Shown here in pieces: positions 7,655 through 18,081 of a stretch of 38,987 nucleotides of DNA. The notes under the pieces are model-generated. The model ran no database searches. It had not been told where the DNA came from and saw only the letters and a program-made list of their open reading frames with translations. Source of the stretch: a phage; sequence record PZ379547.1. One strand, 5' to 3'. Both the position numbers and the translations under genes were made by a program. Position 1 is the stretch's first letter, and each line of letters starts with the position of its first letter.

Positions 7655-8701
7655 ATGACAACTATCAAAACCAACCCGCATCGCGCTGTAGATTACTCTG
7701 AGTCAGGCGTTAAGAAAGCGCTTGAAGCTGCTGGGTCGCTGGAAGCCGAAGTGAAGTATGACGGTGTGCGGTTGAATATTCCGGTCTTCCCTACTGGTGA
7801 GACTCAATGGTTGAGCCGTGAGTCTAAACCTCTTCCAGCCTTGGAGTGGATGAACTCTGAGTTAGGTAATGCGTGGACCCAAGCTGACTGGCGATGGTTC
7901 CTGCGTCAAGCTGGCTACGAAGGCGTGGGCTTGATGATTGATGGCGAGGTAATGGTCAAAGGCGTGGACTTCAATACCTCCTCAGGTCTCATCCGAACGA
8001 AGTGGCTCAAGCCTAACAACGAGGAGTTCGCTGAATACTATTCGCCGGCGACTGGTGGAAAGAAGCTCCCGTTCTGGGGATCCCGGTCACGACTTCGGGT
8101 TGTGGTCTACGGTGTCATCGACATGACAACCATTGCTGACCCGAAAGCCGAAGGTCCTATCCATAGCGTCACACGCCTGAAGGCCGAAGCTATCGTCCCT
8201 CTCCTCCAGAAATACTTCCCGGAAATCGACTGGGTTCTGTCTGAGTCACACACGGTCTATGACCTTGAGTCGCTCAACTCCCTGTACGAACAGAAGCGTC
8301 TGGAAGGACACGAGGGTCTGGTAGTCAAGGACCCACTGGGTAAATATAAGCGTGGCAAGAAGTCAGGCATGTGGAAGATGAAGCCTGAGGAGACCATCGA
8401 CGGGACCGTGTGTGGTCTCGTGTGGGGGACTCAGGGTAAGGCTAACGAGGGCAAGGTCATCGGCTTCGAGGTTCTGCTTGAGGATGGCATGGTGGTTAAC
8501 GCCTGTGGTCTGACTGAAGAACAGAAGGCTGAGTTTACGGAAGCCTGTAACACTGATACATATATTCTCGGTGGAATCAATCCATACGAAGGCTGGCAAT
8601 GTGAAGTGCTATTCATGGAGCGGTTCCCTGATGGCTCTCTTCGTCACCCTAGCTTCAAGTGCTGGCGTGGAACGGAAGACAATCCAACCGTTAAGAGCTA
8701 A
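7655..8701 (+). CDS. gp1.3: ATP-dependent DNA ligase (T7 gene 1.3 homolog), 348 aa
   Basis: MTTIKTNP..., adenylation motif KYDGVR, MIDGEVMVKGVDFNTSSGLIRTKW, EGHEGLVVKDP, DGSLRHPSF match recalled T7 ligase; start moved from track 7559 to ATG 7655 (GGAG 10 nt upstream). Confidence 0.95.
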   Translation: MTTIKTNPHRAVDYSESGVKKALEAAGSLEAEVKYDGVRLNIPVFPTGETQWLSRESKPLPALEWMNSELGNAWTQADWRWFLRQAGYEGVGLMIDGEVMVKGVDFNTSSGLIRTKWLKPNNEEFAEYYSPATGGKKLPFWGSRSRLRVVVYGVIDMTTIADPKAEGPIHSVTRLKAEAIVPLLQKYFPEIDWVLSESHTVYDLESLNSLYEQKRLEGHEGLVVKDPLGKYKRGKKSGMWKMKPEETIDGTVCGLVWGTQGKANEGKVIGFEVLLEDGMVVNACGLTEEQKAEFTEACNTDTYILGGINPYEGWQCEVLFMERFPDGSLRHPSFKCWRGTEDNPTVKS

Positions 8702-8711
8702 CTAAATGTCA

Positions 8712-8744
8712 ACCCAGTGGTCTTCGGACTGCTGGGTTTCTTTG
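8712..8744 (+). terminator. Intrinsic terminator after ligase (T7 TE-like early terminator)
   Basis: ACCCAGUGGUC-UUCG-GACUGCUGGGU (11-bp stem, UUCG loop) followed by UUUCUUUG. Confidence 0.75.
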
Positions 8745-8765
8745 CGTCTAGGCCACCAGCTAGAC

Positions 8766-8788
8766 CCTAAGCTATCACTATAGGACAA
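8766..8788 (+). promoter_or_regulatory. Phage RNAP promoter, variant (G at -12)
   Basis: cctaagctatcactataggacaa; +1 G at 8783. Confidence 0.65.
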
Positions 8789-8812
8789 CCATCAACAACC
8801 TAAGGAGACTCT

Positions 8813-9073
8813 ATGTCTAATAACTTAATGTTCAACCGTTATTCCAATACCTTCCACCTGTCCAACAACCCGTTCGCTTGCATTAAGCGCAACGAGAAGC
8901 TGGGCTACTTCGGGAAGGCCGTGAAGTTATCACCTACAGTCTTCGCTCTGATTACTCCGGGTAAAGCTGAAGAGGCTCGCCAGAAGCGTGAGACCAACGT
9001 ACCTGTGGTCTACACTAAGTGGCCTCGCGTTCGTCTGTTTATTGAGTTCGTGAAGGAGGTGATCAATGGTTAA
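8813..9073 (+). CDS. Hypothetical protein (86 aa; T7 gene 1.4-1.6 region)
   Basis: ORF with SD taaggagact; no recognisable motif. Confidence 0.55.
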   Translation: MSNNLMFNRYSNTFHLSNNPFACIKRNEKLGYFGKAVKLSPTVFALITPGKAEEARQKRETNVPVVYTKWPRVRLFIEFVKEVING

Positions 9074-9509
9074 GGTTGGGGATACAGTTAACTATGTTGG
9101 ACCAGTTGGAGCGCACGCGGGACGCTCCTGTGGCAAGGTGATAGTGGTTAAGAATGAGCATGTAGCTGTTGTTAAGTGGCCCCGTTTATCTGAACCACTC
9201 ACTCACTCAATTAGTTCCTTAAGTATTACCAAGCAGGCGCAGTCCGAGCCGACAACCATAGGTCAGGAAGATAGCGTCCGTAAGCCATCTCACTATCAGG
9301 TCTTTGACGGCGTGGAGTCCATTGAGATTATCGCTCGGTCCATGACTGTCAGTGAGTTCCGTGGCTTCTGCATGGGTAACGTCCTTAAGTATCGACTCCG
9401 GGCTGGTAAGAAGTCAGAGCTGGCGACTATGGAGAAGGACCTGAACAAAGCAGCCTTCTATCAGGAGCTGTTCGACCTACATAAAGGTAAGTGCTATGCT
9501 TCCGAGTGA
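9066..9509 (+). CDS. DUF3310-like phage protein (147 aa), positional equivalent of T7 gene 1.7
   Basis: KPSHYQ ... GNVLKYRLRAGKK ... DLNKAAFY resembles my recollection of the DUF3310 signature; AAGGAGG SD 6 nt upstream. Confidence 0.55.
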   Translation: MVKVGDTVNYVGPVGAHAGRSCGKVIVVKNEHVAVVKWPRLSEPLTHSISSLSITKQAQSEPTTIGQEDSVRKPSHYQVFDGVESIEIIARSMTVSEFRGFCMGNVLKYRLRAGKKSELATMEKDLNKAAFYQELFDLHKGKCYASE

Positions 9510-9591
9510 GTGGTGCGAGCGTAAATTTGAGGAGACAGGTAACGTCGATTACCTTCAGCTCTACAACTTATGGAAGGAGCGTGGTCTATGA
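9496..9591 (+). CDS. Small ORF (31 aa), T7 gene 1.8-like position
   Basis: ATG 9496 overlaps the end of the upstream gene; stop TGA 9589-9591 overlaps the gene 2 ATG (ATGA). Confidence 0.3.
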   Translation: MLPSEWCERKFEETGNVDYLQLYNLWKERGL

Positions 9592-9746
9592 CTGACGTAG
9601 AGAAGAAATACATCGTGGAGCTTGAGGGTCTCGTTCAGTCCTTCGAGGTTCCGGTGTACGCAAAGTCTCTTGAAGAGGCTACCATGAAGTCCCAAGAGTA
9701 TGAGGACGCTGGGTTTATGGTCGGACGGATTCGTCCTGAGACCTAA
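9588..9746 (+). CDS. gp2: Host RNA polymerase inhibitor Gp2 (52 aa)
   Basis: Below the track cut-off; [14 protein letters not shown]...[10 protein letters not shown] matches recalled T7 Gp2 (SFEVPIYAETLDEA...AGFEVTRVRP); AAGGAG SD. Confidence 0.8.
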   Translation: MTDVEKKYIVELEGLVQSFEVPVYAKSLEEATMKSQEYEDAGFMVGRIRPET

Positions 9747-9764
9747 ACTATCACTGTAGGACAG
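9742..9764 (+). promoter_or_regulatory. Phage RNAP promoter, variant (G at -3), upstream of SSB gene
   Basis: cctaaactatcactgtaggacag; overlaps gene 2 stop. Confidence 0.65.
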
Positions 9765-9804
9765 ACGTCCAGTTAGTAACTTTTAAATTAGGAGATTTAC
9801 ACCG

Positions 9805-10497
9805 ATGGCTAAAGAGCAATTGAAGACTTTCACCACTCCGGTAGCTGGTATCGTTGAGCCTTACGCATGGCTGAACAAAGCAGACACCAAGTTTAACGAG
9901 CGTGGTGAGCATAAGGTTAACCTGACGTTCGACCTGAGCGACCAGAAGGTCCGTAAGATGATTGATGTCTTACAGAAGATTCACGACGATGCGTATGCGA
10001 AAGCACTCGCAGACCACGAGAAGAACCCACCTCAGGTTCAGCGTGGCAAGAAGCCTATTGAACCACGTGAAGGCGACATGCCGTGGATTGAGAATGGTGA
10101 CGGTACTGTTACCCTTAAGTTTAAATGCTTTGCGTCTTACCTGAAAGACGGCAAGTCCGAGCCTATCGTATTACGGTTCTACGACACCGATGCTAAACTC
10201 ATCCGTGACGTCCCGAATATCTGCGCTGGGTCTAAGATGAAGGTCAAGTTTAAAGTCCTGCCGTTCAAGTGGAACGCTGCGACTGGTGCAAGCGTTAAGC
10301 TCCAGCTTGAGTCCTGCCTTCTGGTAGAACTGAAGGAGTGGAAAGGCGATGGTGGTGATGGTGGCTGGGGTGATGATGAAGACCTTGGTACTGGCTACAA
10401 AGCGCCAACCGATGGTGACTTCGGTGACGATGACTTCGGTGACGATGGTTCCGAAGGTGGTGACGACTCCAACTCTGGTGGCGATTACGACTTCTAA
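9805..10497 (+). CDS. gp2.5: Single-stranded DNA-binding protein (T7 gene 2.5 homolog), 230 aa
   Basis: EPYAWLNK, NPPQVQRGKKPIEPREGDMPW, GASVKLQLESCLLVEL and acidic Gly/Asp tail ending in F match recalled T7 gp2.5. Confidence 0.95.
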   Translation: MAKEQLKTFTTPVAGIVEPYAWLNKADTKFNERGEHKVNLTFDLSDQKVRKMIDVLQKIHDDAYAKALADHEKNPPQVQRGKKPIEPREGDMPWIENGDGTVTLKFKCFASYLKDGKSEPIVLRFYDTDAKLIRDVPNICAGSKMKVKFKVLPFKWNAATGASVKLQLESCLLVELKEWKGDGGDGGWGDDEDLGTGYKAPTDGDFGDDDFGDDGSEGGDDSNSGGDYDF

Positions 10498-10946
10498 TGG
10501 CTACAATAGAAAGCCTCAAGCAGCGACTCAGGGTTTCGGGTAGCTGCTGGCTTTTCACTGGCTGCGTTAACAACAATGGCTACGGTCAGATTAGGCATAA
10601 TGGGAAAACCATGCTTGCCCATCGTGTAGCCTACGAGCTGACTACAGGTGAAGAACCAAATGGTGTTCTACTACACACTTGTGACACTCCACTATGTTGT
10701 AACCCTGAGCATCTAACTGTAGGAACCCAAATGGATAACCTTCAGGACATGCGTAACAAGGGGCGCGGTGTAAACCCTCCTCATGTTCCGGGAGAGAAGT
10801 GCGGTATGTCTAAACTTACTGATACTAAAGTCAAGGAAATTAGGTCTTCTGACCTTACCCAGCGACAGCTCGCCACAATCTACGGAGTGTCTCAGCCAAC
10901 AATAGGTAAGATACTAAGGAGAGAAACATGGCGACACGTAGTATAA
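10497..10946 (+). CDS. HNH homing endonuclease with C-terminal helix-turn-helix (149 aa)
   Basis: CWLFTGCVNNNGYGQIRHNGKTMLAHRVAYEL ... HTCDTPLCCNPEHL (HNH_3-type) plus ...LATIYGVSQPTIGKILR; inserted between SSB and endonuclease I. Confidence 0.85.
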   Translation: MATIESLKQRLRVSGSCWLFTGCVNNNGYGQIRHNGKTMLAHRVAYELTTGEEPNGVLLHTCDTPLCCNPEHLTVGTQMDNLQDMRNKGRGVNPPHVPGEKCGMSKLTDTKVKEIRSSDLTQRQLATIYGVSQPTIGKILRRETWRHVV

Positions 10947-11383
10947 GCAGGGGGCATTCGGTAGGAATATATAGGTCTGGTCTTGAGGCAAAGAACCAAG
11001 AGTGGCTGGAGAAGAATGGCGTAAAGGCTGAATACGAGATGTATAAAATAGCATACACAATCCCTCAGTCTCTACACAGTTATTGTCCAGACTTTGTATT
11101 GCCCAATGGAATAATTGTGGAGACCAAAGGAATCTTCGCAGTGGAAGACCGTAAGAAGCACCTATTGATTAAAGAGCAGCACCCAGAGTTAGACATCCGG
11201 TTCGTGTTCTCAAGTTCCCGCTCCAAGTTATACAAAGGGTCTCCAACCACGTATGGCGCATGGTGCGAAAAGAACGGCTATAAGTATGCCGATAAGTTCA
11301 TCCCGGTTGAGTGGCTGCGAGAGGCGACTGTACGTCTGCCCTCAGGTATCCTCATCCCCAAGAAGAAAGGAGTTAAGTTATGA
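10928..11383 (+). CDS. gp3: Endonuclease I, Holliday-junction resolvase (T7 gene 3 homolog), 151 aa
   Basis: YRSGLEAK, PDFVLPNGIIVETKG, DRKKHLLIKEQHPELDIRFVFSSSRSKLYKGSPTTYG match recalled T7 gp3. Confidence 0.93.
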   Translation: MATRSISRGHSVGIYRSGLEAKNQEWLEKNGVKAEYEMYKIAYTIPQSLHSYCPDFVLPNGIIVETKGIFAVEDRKKHLLIKEQHPELDIRFVFSSSRSKLYKGSPTTYGAWCEKNGYKYADKFIPVEWLREATVRLPSGILIPKKKGVKL

Positions 11384-11604
11384 CTCAAGAAGTTAAGGTC
11401 GTTCGTAAGCGTCTGACCATTGATAAAATCCCGGTAGGCTATGCGTTTATCGTCCACGGTAAGCCGGGTGAAGTGTACGTGAAGATTAGTAACTCTCACG
11501 TCTTCAACCATAAGTTGCTCCAGATGCACACCACGGATGCTAACCGCTTCCAACGTCATCTGAACCTCGTAGCTGTAGAGCTGGTGGTGTATGATGGTGA
11601 GTAA
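11380..11604 (+). CDS. Hypothetical protein (74 aa) between endonuclease I and lysozyme
   Basis: ATGA overlap with gene 3 stop; AAGGAG SD 7 nt upstream; no recognisable motif. Confidence 0.5.
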   Translation: MTQEVKVVRKRLTIDKIPVGYAFIVHGKPGEVYVKISNSHVFNHKLLQMHTTDANRFQRHLNLVAVELVVYDGE

Positions 11605-12052
11605 GGTGCAATTCAACCCACGGTCCCGGACTGACGCTATCTTCGTTCACTGTTCGGCTACCAAGCCAGATATGGACATCGGGGTAGAGACCATCCGTAT
11701 GTGGCACAAGCAGCAAGGATGGCTGGACGTAGGCTACCACTTTATCATCAAACGTGATGGCACTGTGGAAGAGGGTCGCCCGGTCAATGTCGTAGGGTCA
11801 CACGTTAAGGACTGGAACTCCAAGTCCGTAGGCGTCTGCCTTGTAGGTGGAATTGACGCTAAGGGCAAGTTTGAAGCTAACTTCACTCCGGCCCAGATGA
11901 ACTCACTGCGCAACAAGCTGGCTGACCTGAAGGTCCTGTATCCTCAGGCAGAAATCAAAGCACACCATGACGTAGCACCTAAGGCGTGTCCAAGTTTTGA
12001 CTTGCAACGCTGGCTGTCTACCAATGAACTGGTCACTTCCGACCGTGGTTAA
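11591..12052 (+). CDS. gp3.5: Lysozyme / N-acetylmuramoyl-L-alanine amidase (T7 gene 3.5 homolog), 153 aa
   Basis: TDAIFVHCSATKP, WLDVGYHFIIKRDGTVEEGR, VGVCLVGGID, FTPAQM, HHDVAPKACPSFDL, ELVTSDRG match recalled T7 lysozyme. Confidence 0.95.
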   Translation: MMVSKVQFNPRSRTDAIFVHCSATKPDMDIGVETIRMWHKQQGWLDVGYHFIIKRDGTVEEGRPVNVVGSHVKDWNSKSVGVCLVGGIDAKGKFEANFTPAQMNSLRNKLADLKVLYPQAEIKAHHDVAPKACPSFDLQRWLSTNELVTSDRG

Positions 12053-12076
12053 TAAACTCTAAGGGAGAACAACCCA

Positions 12077-12292
12077 ATGATTAAACTTATCGAATTTCTT
12101 GGTCGTCTGGTGGTGCGTGGTTATCGTCGTGCTGCGGTACTGGAACGAAAGGTAGAAAAGAAGACTGCGGACGGTGCGGCTGATGCTGCTGCTCTGGCTG
12201 ACAAGCTGACCATCGCGTCACTGGAAGCTGGCATGAAGGCTCGTCAGGCTGATACCAAAGCTGACCAGTTGGCTCAGTTCTTCAAAGCCTAA
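12077..12292 (+). CDS. Hypothetical protein (71 aa), Ala/Lys-rich
   Basis: ORF with SD (taagggagaac); no recognisable motif. Confidence 0.5.
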   Translation: MIKLIEFLGRLVVRGYRRAAVLERKVEKKTADGAADAAALADKLTIASLEAGMKARQADTKADQLAQFFKA

Positions 12293-12310
12293 ACTATCAC
12301 CTTAGGGATG
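12288..12310 (+). promoter_or_regulatory. Phage RNAP promoter, variant (CTTA instead of TATA), upstream of primase-helicase
   Basis: cctaaactatcaccttagggatg; weaker match to consensus. Confidence 0.5.
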
Positions 12311-12357
12311 GGACCATGAGTCCTGTCCCTTTGTTCGCATTTGTGACTAAGGAGTGA

Positions 12358-14061
<1,704 letters not shown>

Positions 14062-14112
14062 ATGTCAATGCCCTGAGTGCGACTGGAAGTCACCATACGG
14101 AGGACACCATTA

Positions 14113-14277
14113 GTGTTTAAGAAACTTAAAGCTCGCTACCATCGGTTCATGTACAAATGGTGGAGTGATGAAGCAACCTGCCTGTCCAACATTCTTGGAG
14201 ACCAAAGGTTCGACTCTAAGGCATGGAAGAGAGCTAACCGGAAGTTTATGTATCACTTCTTGCGTACAGACTTCTAG
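14113..14277 (+). CDS. Hypothetical small protein (54 aa from GTG; T7 gene 4.3-4.7 region)
   Basis: Track ORF 14077..14277; GTG 14113 has GGAGG 9 nt upstream; start uncertain. Confidence 0.35.
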   Translation: MFKKLKARYHRFMYKWWSDEATCLSNILGDQRFDSKAWKRANRKFMYHFLRTDF

Positions 14278-14287
14278 GTCTAGACTC

Positions 14288-14312
14288 AAGGTCATTCACA
14301 TCGAGTGGCCTT
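14288..14312 (+). promoter_or_regulatory. Predicted RNase III processing hairpin (T7 R4.7-like position)
   Basis: AAGGUCAU-ucacaucga-GUGGCCUU with G-U wobbles; preceded by agactcaagg motif. Confidence 0.55.
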
Positions 14313-14340
14313 TATGATTAGACTAAACGGAGGATTAACC

Positions 14341-16512
14341 ATGTTTGACCTTAAGAGTATCTGGGGTTCTGACATCGAGACCAACGGTCTCCTTGATACA
14401 GTCTCCCAGTTTCACTGTGGGGTCCTGATTAACGCCGAGTCGAATGAGACCCTTAAGTATGGGGTAGCTCCGATGGTCGGTATCGTCGGTGGCTTCAAAG
14501 AGTATGTGCAGAAGGTGGAAGAGATTGCCGCATCACCTGATGGTATGCTGGTATTCCACAACGGTATCAACTATGACGTCCCGGCTATTGACAAGCTGAA
14601 GCGTCTGTACTTCGGGAAACGCTTTAACTTCCCGAAACACAAGATGATTGATACCTTGGTGCTGGGTCGCTTGATGTATCCCAACATTAAGTTCTCAGAC
14701 ATGGGCGCGGTGAAAGCTGGTCGTCTGCCTCCTAAGATGATGGGACGCCAGTCTCTTGAGGCTTGGGGTTATCGTCTCGGTGAGATGAAGGGTGAGTACA
14801 AACACGATTACGTTGCCAAGTGCAAGGCTGAAGGTATCGAATATAAGTCTGGGGACGAATGGTTGTTCCCATCTCAGGAGATGCTAGACTATAACGTTCA
14901 AGACGTTGTGGTCACACTGGCGTTGTTCAAGAAGTTCCTGACTGACAAGTATTACTTCCAGTCTGAACAGTTCGCTTTCGACCAGATTTATGCGTTGCGT
15001 CTGGAACATGATGCTGCGTGGACCTGTGCGAAGATGGAACGTAACGGCTATCCGATGAACACCGAGATGGTCGAAGGCTTATATCGTGAACTCACCGTCA
15101 AACGTGCAGAGTTGTTGGACAAGCTGCGTTCGACTTTCGGTAGCTGGTATGCACCAAAGGGAGGCAAGGAGTTCTTCAAGCACCCACGGACAGGCAAGGA
15201 CCTTCCGAAGTATCCGAGGGTCGTGTATCCTAAGGTCGGTGGTATCTTTAAGAAGCCGAAGAACAAAGCTCAACGCTTAGGTCTTGAACCTTGTGAACGA
15301 GATACGCGAGACACGATGGAAGGAGCACCATTCACGCCAATCACTTACGTTGAGTTTAATCCGGGAAGCGGAGACCACTTAGCGAAAGTCCTGATGGAGC
15401 GTGGCTGGGAGCCTGTTGACTTCACTGACACCGGGAAACCTGTAGTCGATGACGAGACGTTAGAACACGTTAAGTTGCCAGACGCAGAGGCTCAGGCTTG
15501 CGTAGAGCTGGTCCGTGAGTATCTGGTAGTCCAGAAGAGAATCGGGCAGGCTGCTGAAGGTAAGAACGCATGGTTGAAACTTGTAGGTCCAGACGGACGT
15601 ATGCACGGTTCAATCAACCCTTGTGGAGCAGTAACAGGACGTGCGACTCATAGTTCACCTAACATGGCTCAGGTCCCGGCTAACGGTGCTCCGTATGGTG
15701 AGATTTGCCGTGGTGCTTTCGGTGCAGCGTGGAACAAGAAGGACGGTAAGCCAGACCCTTGGATTCAAGTAGGTGTGGATGCCTCAGGTCTTGAGCTTCG
15801 TTGTCTGGGGAACCGAGCGGCTCCGTTTGATGGTGGCGACTATGCGAAGACTGTGGTCGAAGGGGACATCCACTGGGCCAACGCAGTCAACGCTGGGTTA
15901 GCACCTAACGTCCCACGCGATAAGACTAGCCACGACCATGATGCTTTCCGTAACAACGCTAAGACGTTCATCTATGCGTTCCTGTATGGTGCAGGGGCCG
16001 CTAAGATTGGACTGATAGTTGGCGGTGGTAAGAAGGAAGGTGCGGCCCTGATGAAGAAATTCATTGAGGGTACACCAGCCATCAAGGACCTCAGGGAAGC
16101 TGTGAGTAATACGTTAATCTCAGACTCTAAGTGGGTAGATGGTGAGAACATCGTTAAGTGGAAACGCCGCTGGTTGCGTGGACTTGATGGTCGCCGCATT
16201 CACATCAGGTCGCCACACTCAGCACTTAACGCATTACTTCAGGGTGACGGTGCTGTGGTCTGTAAGCACTGGATTGTCGAGACTGAGCGTATGCTCGAAG
16301 AGGCCGGGTATGTCCACGGCTGGGAAGGAGACTTTGCGTACATGGCATGGGTGCACGATGAGCTACAAATTGCGTGTAAAAACAATTACATAGCTGAACG
16401 TGTTGTACAGATTGCTCAACTTGCTATGCGTAAGGTGGGTGAGTTCTATAATTTTAAATGTGTCCTTGATACCGAAGGTAAGATTGGACCAACGTGGAAG
16501 GAGTGTCATTGA
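14341..16512 (+). CDS. gp5: DNA polymerase (T7 gene 5 homolog), 723 aa
   Basis: DIETNGLL...FHCGV (exo), VFHNG..YDVPA, GSWYAPKGG, NPCGAVTGRATHSSPNMAQVP, NAKTFIYAFLYGAG, FAYMAWVHDE match recalled T7 DNAP; start moved to ATG 14341 (GGAGG 8 nt upstream). Confidence 0.97.
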   Translation: MFDLKSIWGSDIETNGLLDTVSQFHCGVLINAESNETLKYGVAPMVGIVGGFKEYVQKVEEIAASPDGMLVFHNGINYDVPAIDKLKRLYFGKRFNFPKHKMIDTLVLGRLMYPNIKFSDMGAVKAGRLPPKMMGRQSLEAWGYRLGEMKGEYKHDYVAKCKAEGIEYKSGDEWLFPSQEMLDYNVQDVVVTLALFKKFLTDKYYFQSEQFAFDQIYALRLEHDAAWTCAKMERNGYPMNTEMVEGLYRELTVKRAELLDKLRSTFGSWYAPKGGKEFFKHPRTGKDLPKYPRVVYPKVGGIFKKPKNKAQRLGLEPCERDTRDTMEGAPFTPITYVEFNPGSGDHLAKVLMERGWEPVDFTDTGKPVVDDETLEHVKLPDAEAQACVELVREYLVVQKRIGQAAEGKNAWLKLVGPDGRMHGSINPCGAVTGRATHSSPNMAQVPANGAPYGEICRGAFGAAWNKKDGKPDPWIQVGVDASGLELRCLGNRAAPFDGGDYAKTVVEGDIHWANAVNAGLAPNVPRDKTSHDHDAFRNNAKTFIYAFLYGAGAAKIGLIVGGGKKEGAALMKKFIEGTPAIKDLREAVSNTLISDSKWVDGENIVKWKRRWLRGLDGRRIHIRSPHSALNALLQGDGAVVCKHWIVETERMLEEAGYVHGWEGDFAYMAWVHDELQIACKNNYIAERVVQIAQLAMRKVGEFYNFKCVLDTEGKIGPTWKECH

Positions 16513-16802
16513 TGTCTATTACCAAACGTATGCGAGTTTCGTTCTCGCTGGGTGCTGTACTGTCTACTGAAGAAGTTGAGAACTTCAAGAAGTCTCTCTG
16601 TGATTTGAGCCGTAAGGTTCTCAATGGTGAGAAGACCACTGGTTTTGAACGTAAGATGGTAGAGGTCGGTGTGACTGAAGGTCTTGAAGCTGTAGTCGAA
16701 CTGGTCATCAAGAAAGGTATCGTAGAGCGGCTGAAAGAAGACCTGAGCGATTACGATGACAGGCCGAGCTTTGGTAACTTCCGGGTGGAGTTCAAGCAAT
16801 GA
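16512..16802 (+). CDS. gp5.5: Gene 5.5-like protein (T7 gp5.5 binds host H-NS), 96 aa
   Basis: NGEKTTGFERKMVEVGVTEGLEAVVELVIKKGIVERL...DDRPSFGNFRVE resembles recalled T7 gp5.5; ATG overlaps DNAP stop (TGATG). Confidence 0.65.
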   Translation: MSITKRMRVSFSLGAVLSTEEVENFKKSLCDLSRKVLNGEKTTGFERKMVEVGVTEGLEAVVELVIKKGIVERLKEDLSDYDDRPSFGNFRVEFKQ

Positions 16803-17008
16803 GTGAATACTTACGGGTCCTAGCGGCCCTTAAGTCCTGCCCGAAGACCTTCCAGTCCAACTATGTGCGCAACAACGCTGCACTAGTGGCTGAGGCTGCG
16901 AGTCGTGGACATCTGAGCTGCCTGTCTATGGACGGGCGTAACAACGGTGCGTGGGAGATTACCGCTGCTGGCACCAAGTTCCTGAACCAACACGGAGGCT
17001 GTCTATGA
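16799..17008 (+). CDS. gp5.7: Gene 5.7-like protein (69 aa)
   Basis: MSEYLRVLAALKSCPKTFQSNYVRNNAALVAEAASRGH... closely matches recalled T7 gp5.7. Confidence 0.75.
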   Translation: MSEYLRVLAALKSCPKTFQSNYVRNNAALVAEAASRGHLSCLSMDGRNNGAWEITAAGTKFLNQHGGCL

Positions 17009-17871
17009 GCGAAAAGAAAATAGCTCTGGTTCTGGATGGTGACTATCTGGTCTTCTCTTCTATGGCTGCTGCCGAGGACGAGACAGACTGGGGAGATGAC
17101 ATCTGGACCCTTATCTGCGACCATGAGAAGGCTCGTCGTATCCTTGAGAACACCATAGCTGAAATCGTTAAGAAGCGTAAGGCGTGGAAAGACGCTAAGA
17201 TTGTGATGTGCTTTACTGACGATAACAACTGGCGTAAGGACGTTCTACCTACCTATAAGGCCAACCGTAAGGGTTCTCGCAAGCCTGTAGGTTACAAGAA
17301 GTTCGTAGCCGAAGTGATGGCTGACCCACGGTTCAACAGCTTCCTACGCCCTACGCTTGAGGGTGATGACTGTATGGGTATCATCGGGACCCGACCTCAG
17401 ATTGTCGGATGTGACCATGCGGTGCTGGTGTCCTGTGATAAGGACTTCAAGACCATCCCAAACTGTGAGTTCTTCTGGTTAACCACTGGTGAAATCCTGA
17501 GTCATACGACTGCAGAGGCAGACTACTGGCACATGGAGCAGACCATCAAGGGTGACACTACAGATGGCTACGGCGGTATTCCGGGGATGGGTGAGGACAC
17601 CACACGCGCGTTCCTTGACGAGCCGTACTACTTCGTACAGGAGAGCCGTGAGCTTAAGACTGGTAAGAACAAAGGCCAGATTAAGACTGAGTGGAAGAAG
17701 TATCCGAAGCGTGAAGGCATGACGCTGTGGGACTGCATGGTTACACTGGCTGCTAAGGCTGGTATGACCGAGGAGGAACTTCTGGTCCAAGCTCAGGTCG
17801 CTCGTATTTGTCGAGCATCTGACTATGACCCTAAGTCAAAGGAGGTCATCCTGTGGACACCATCCATGTAA
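17005..17871 (+). CDS. gp6: 5'-3' exonuclease (T7 gene 6 homolog), 288 aa
   Basis: FEN/5'-exonuclease fold features (IALVLDGDYLVF..., acidic clusters); position after DNAP/5.5/5.7; start moved to ATG 17005 (GGAGG 6 nt upstream, ATGA overlap with 5.7). Confidence 0.9.
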   Translation: MSEKKIALVLDGDYLVFSSMAAAEDETDWGDDIWTLICDHEKARRILENTIAEIVKKRKAWKDAKIVMCFTDDNNWRKDVLPTYKANRKGSRKPVGYKKFVAEVMADPRFNSFLRPTLEGDDCMGIIGTRPQIVGCDHAVLVSCDKDFKTIPNCEFFWLTTGEILSHTTAEADYWHMEQTIKGDTTDGYGGIPGMGEDTTRAFLDEPYYFVQESRELKTGKNKGQIKTEWKKYPKREGMTLWDCMVTLAAKAGMTEEELLVQAQVARICRASDYDPKSKEVILWTPSM

Positions 17872-17945
17872 TCTACTGGGCCGGACTTCTGGCCCTTTAC
17901 TGCATGTACAAGTGGTTCGGGTCGAACAACCGACCTAAACACTGA
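17853..17945 (+). CDS. Possible small hydrophobic ORF (30 aa, GTG start) overlapping the end of gene 6 (T7 gene 6.3-like position)
   Basis: AGGAGG 7 nt upstream of GTG 17853; product (V/M)DTIHVIYWAGLLALYCMYKWFGSNNRPKH; speculative. Confidence 0.25.
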   Translation: MDTIHVIYWAGLLALYCMYKWFGSNNRPKH

Positions 17946-17997
17946 GTCTAACCGATAGTCATATCCTATCAATCCAACAGTCATCCATAGGTGAAAC

Positions 17998-18020
17998 ACT
18001 AAACTATCACTATAGGGACT
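17998..18020 (+). promoter_or_regulatory. Phage RNAP promoter (T7 phi6.5-like position)
   Basis: actaaactatcactatagggact; +1 G at 18015. Confidence 0.85.
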
Positions 18021-18081
18021 TTAGGACCTAAGATATGACTATAAGATAGACTTTAGTCTTAACTTAAAGAGGAGATTCAAG

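Noticed and set aside
14305-14340. Track start of DNA polymerase at 14305
   Set aside because: GTG inside the RNase III-like hairpin; ATG 14341 has an SD and matches the T7 DNAP N-terminus.
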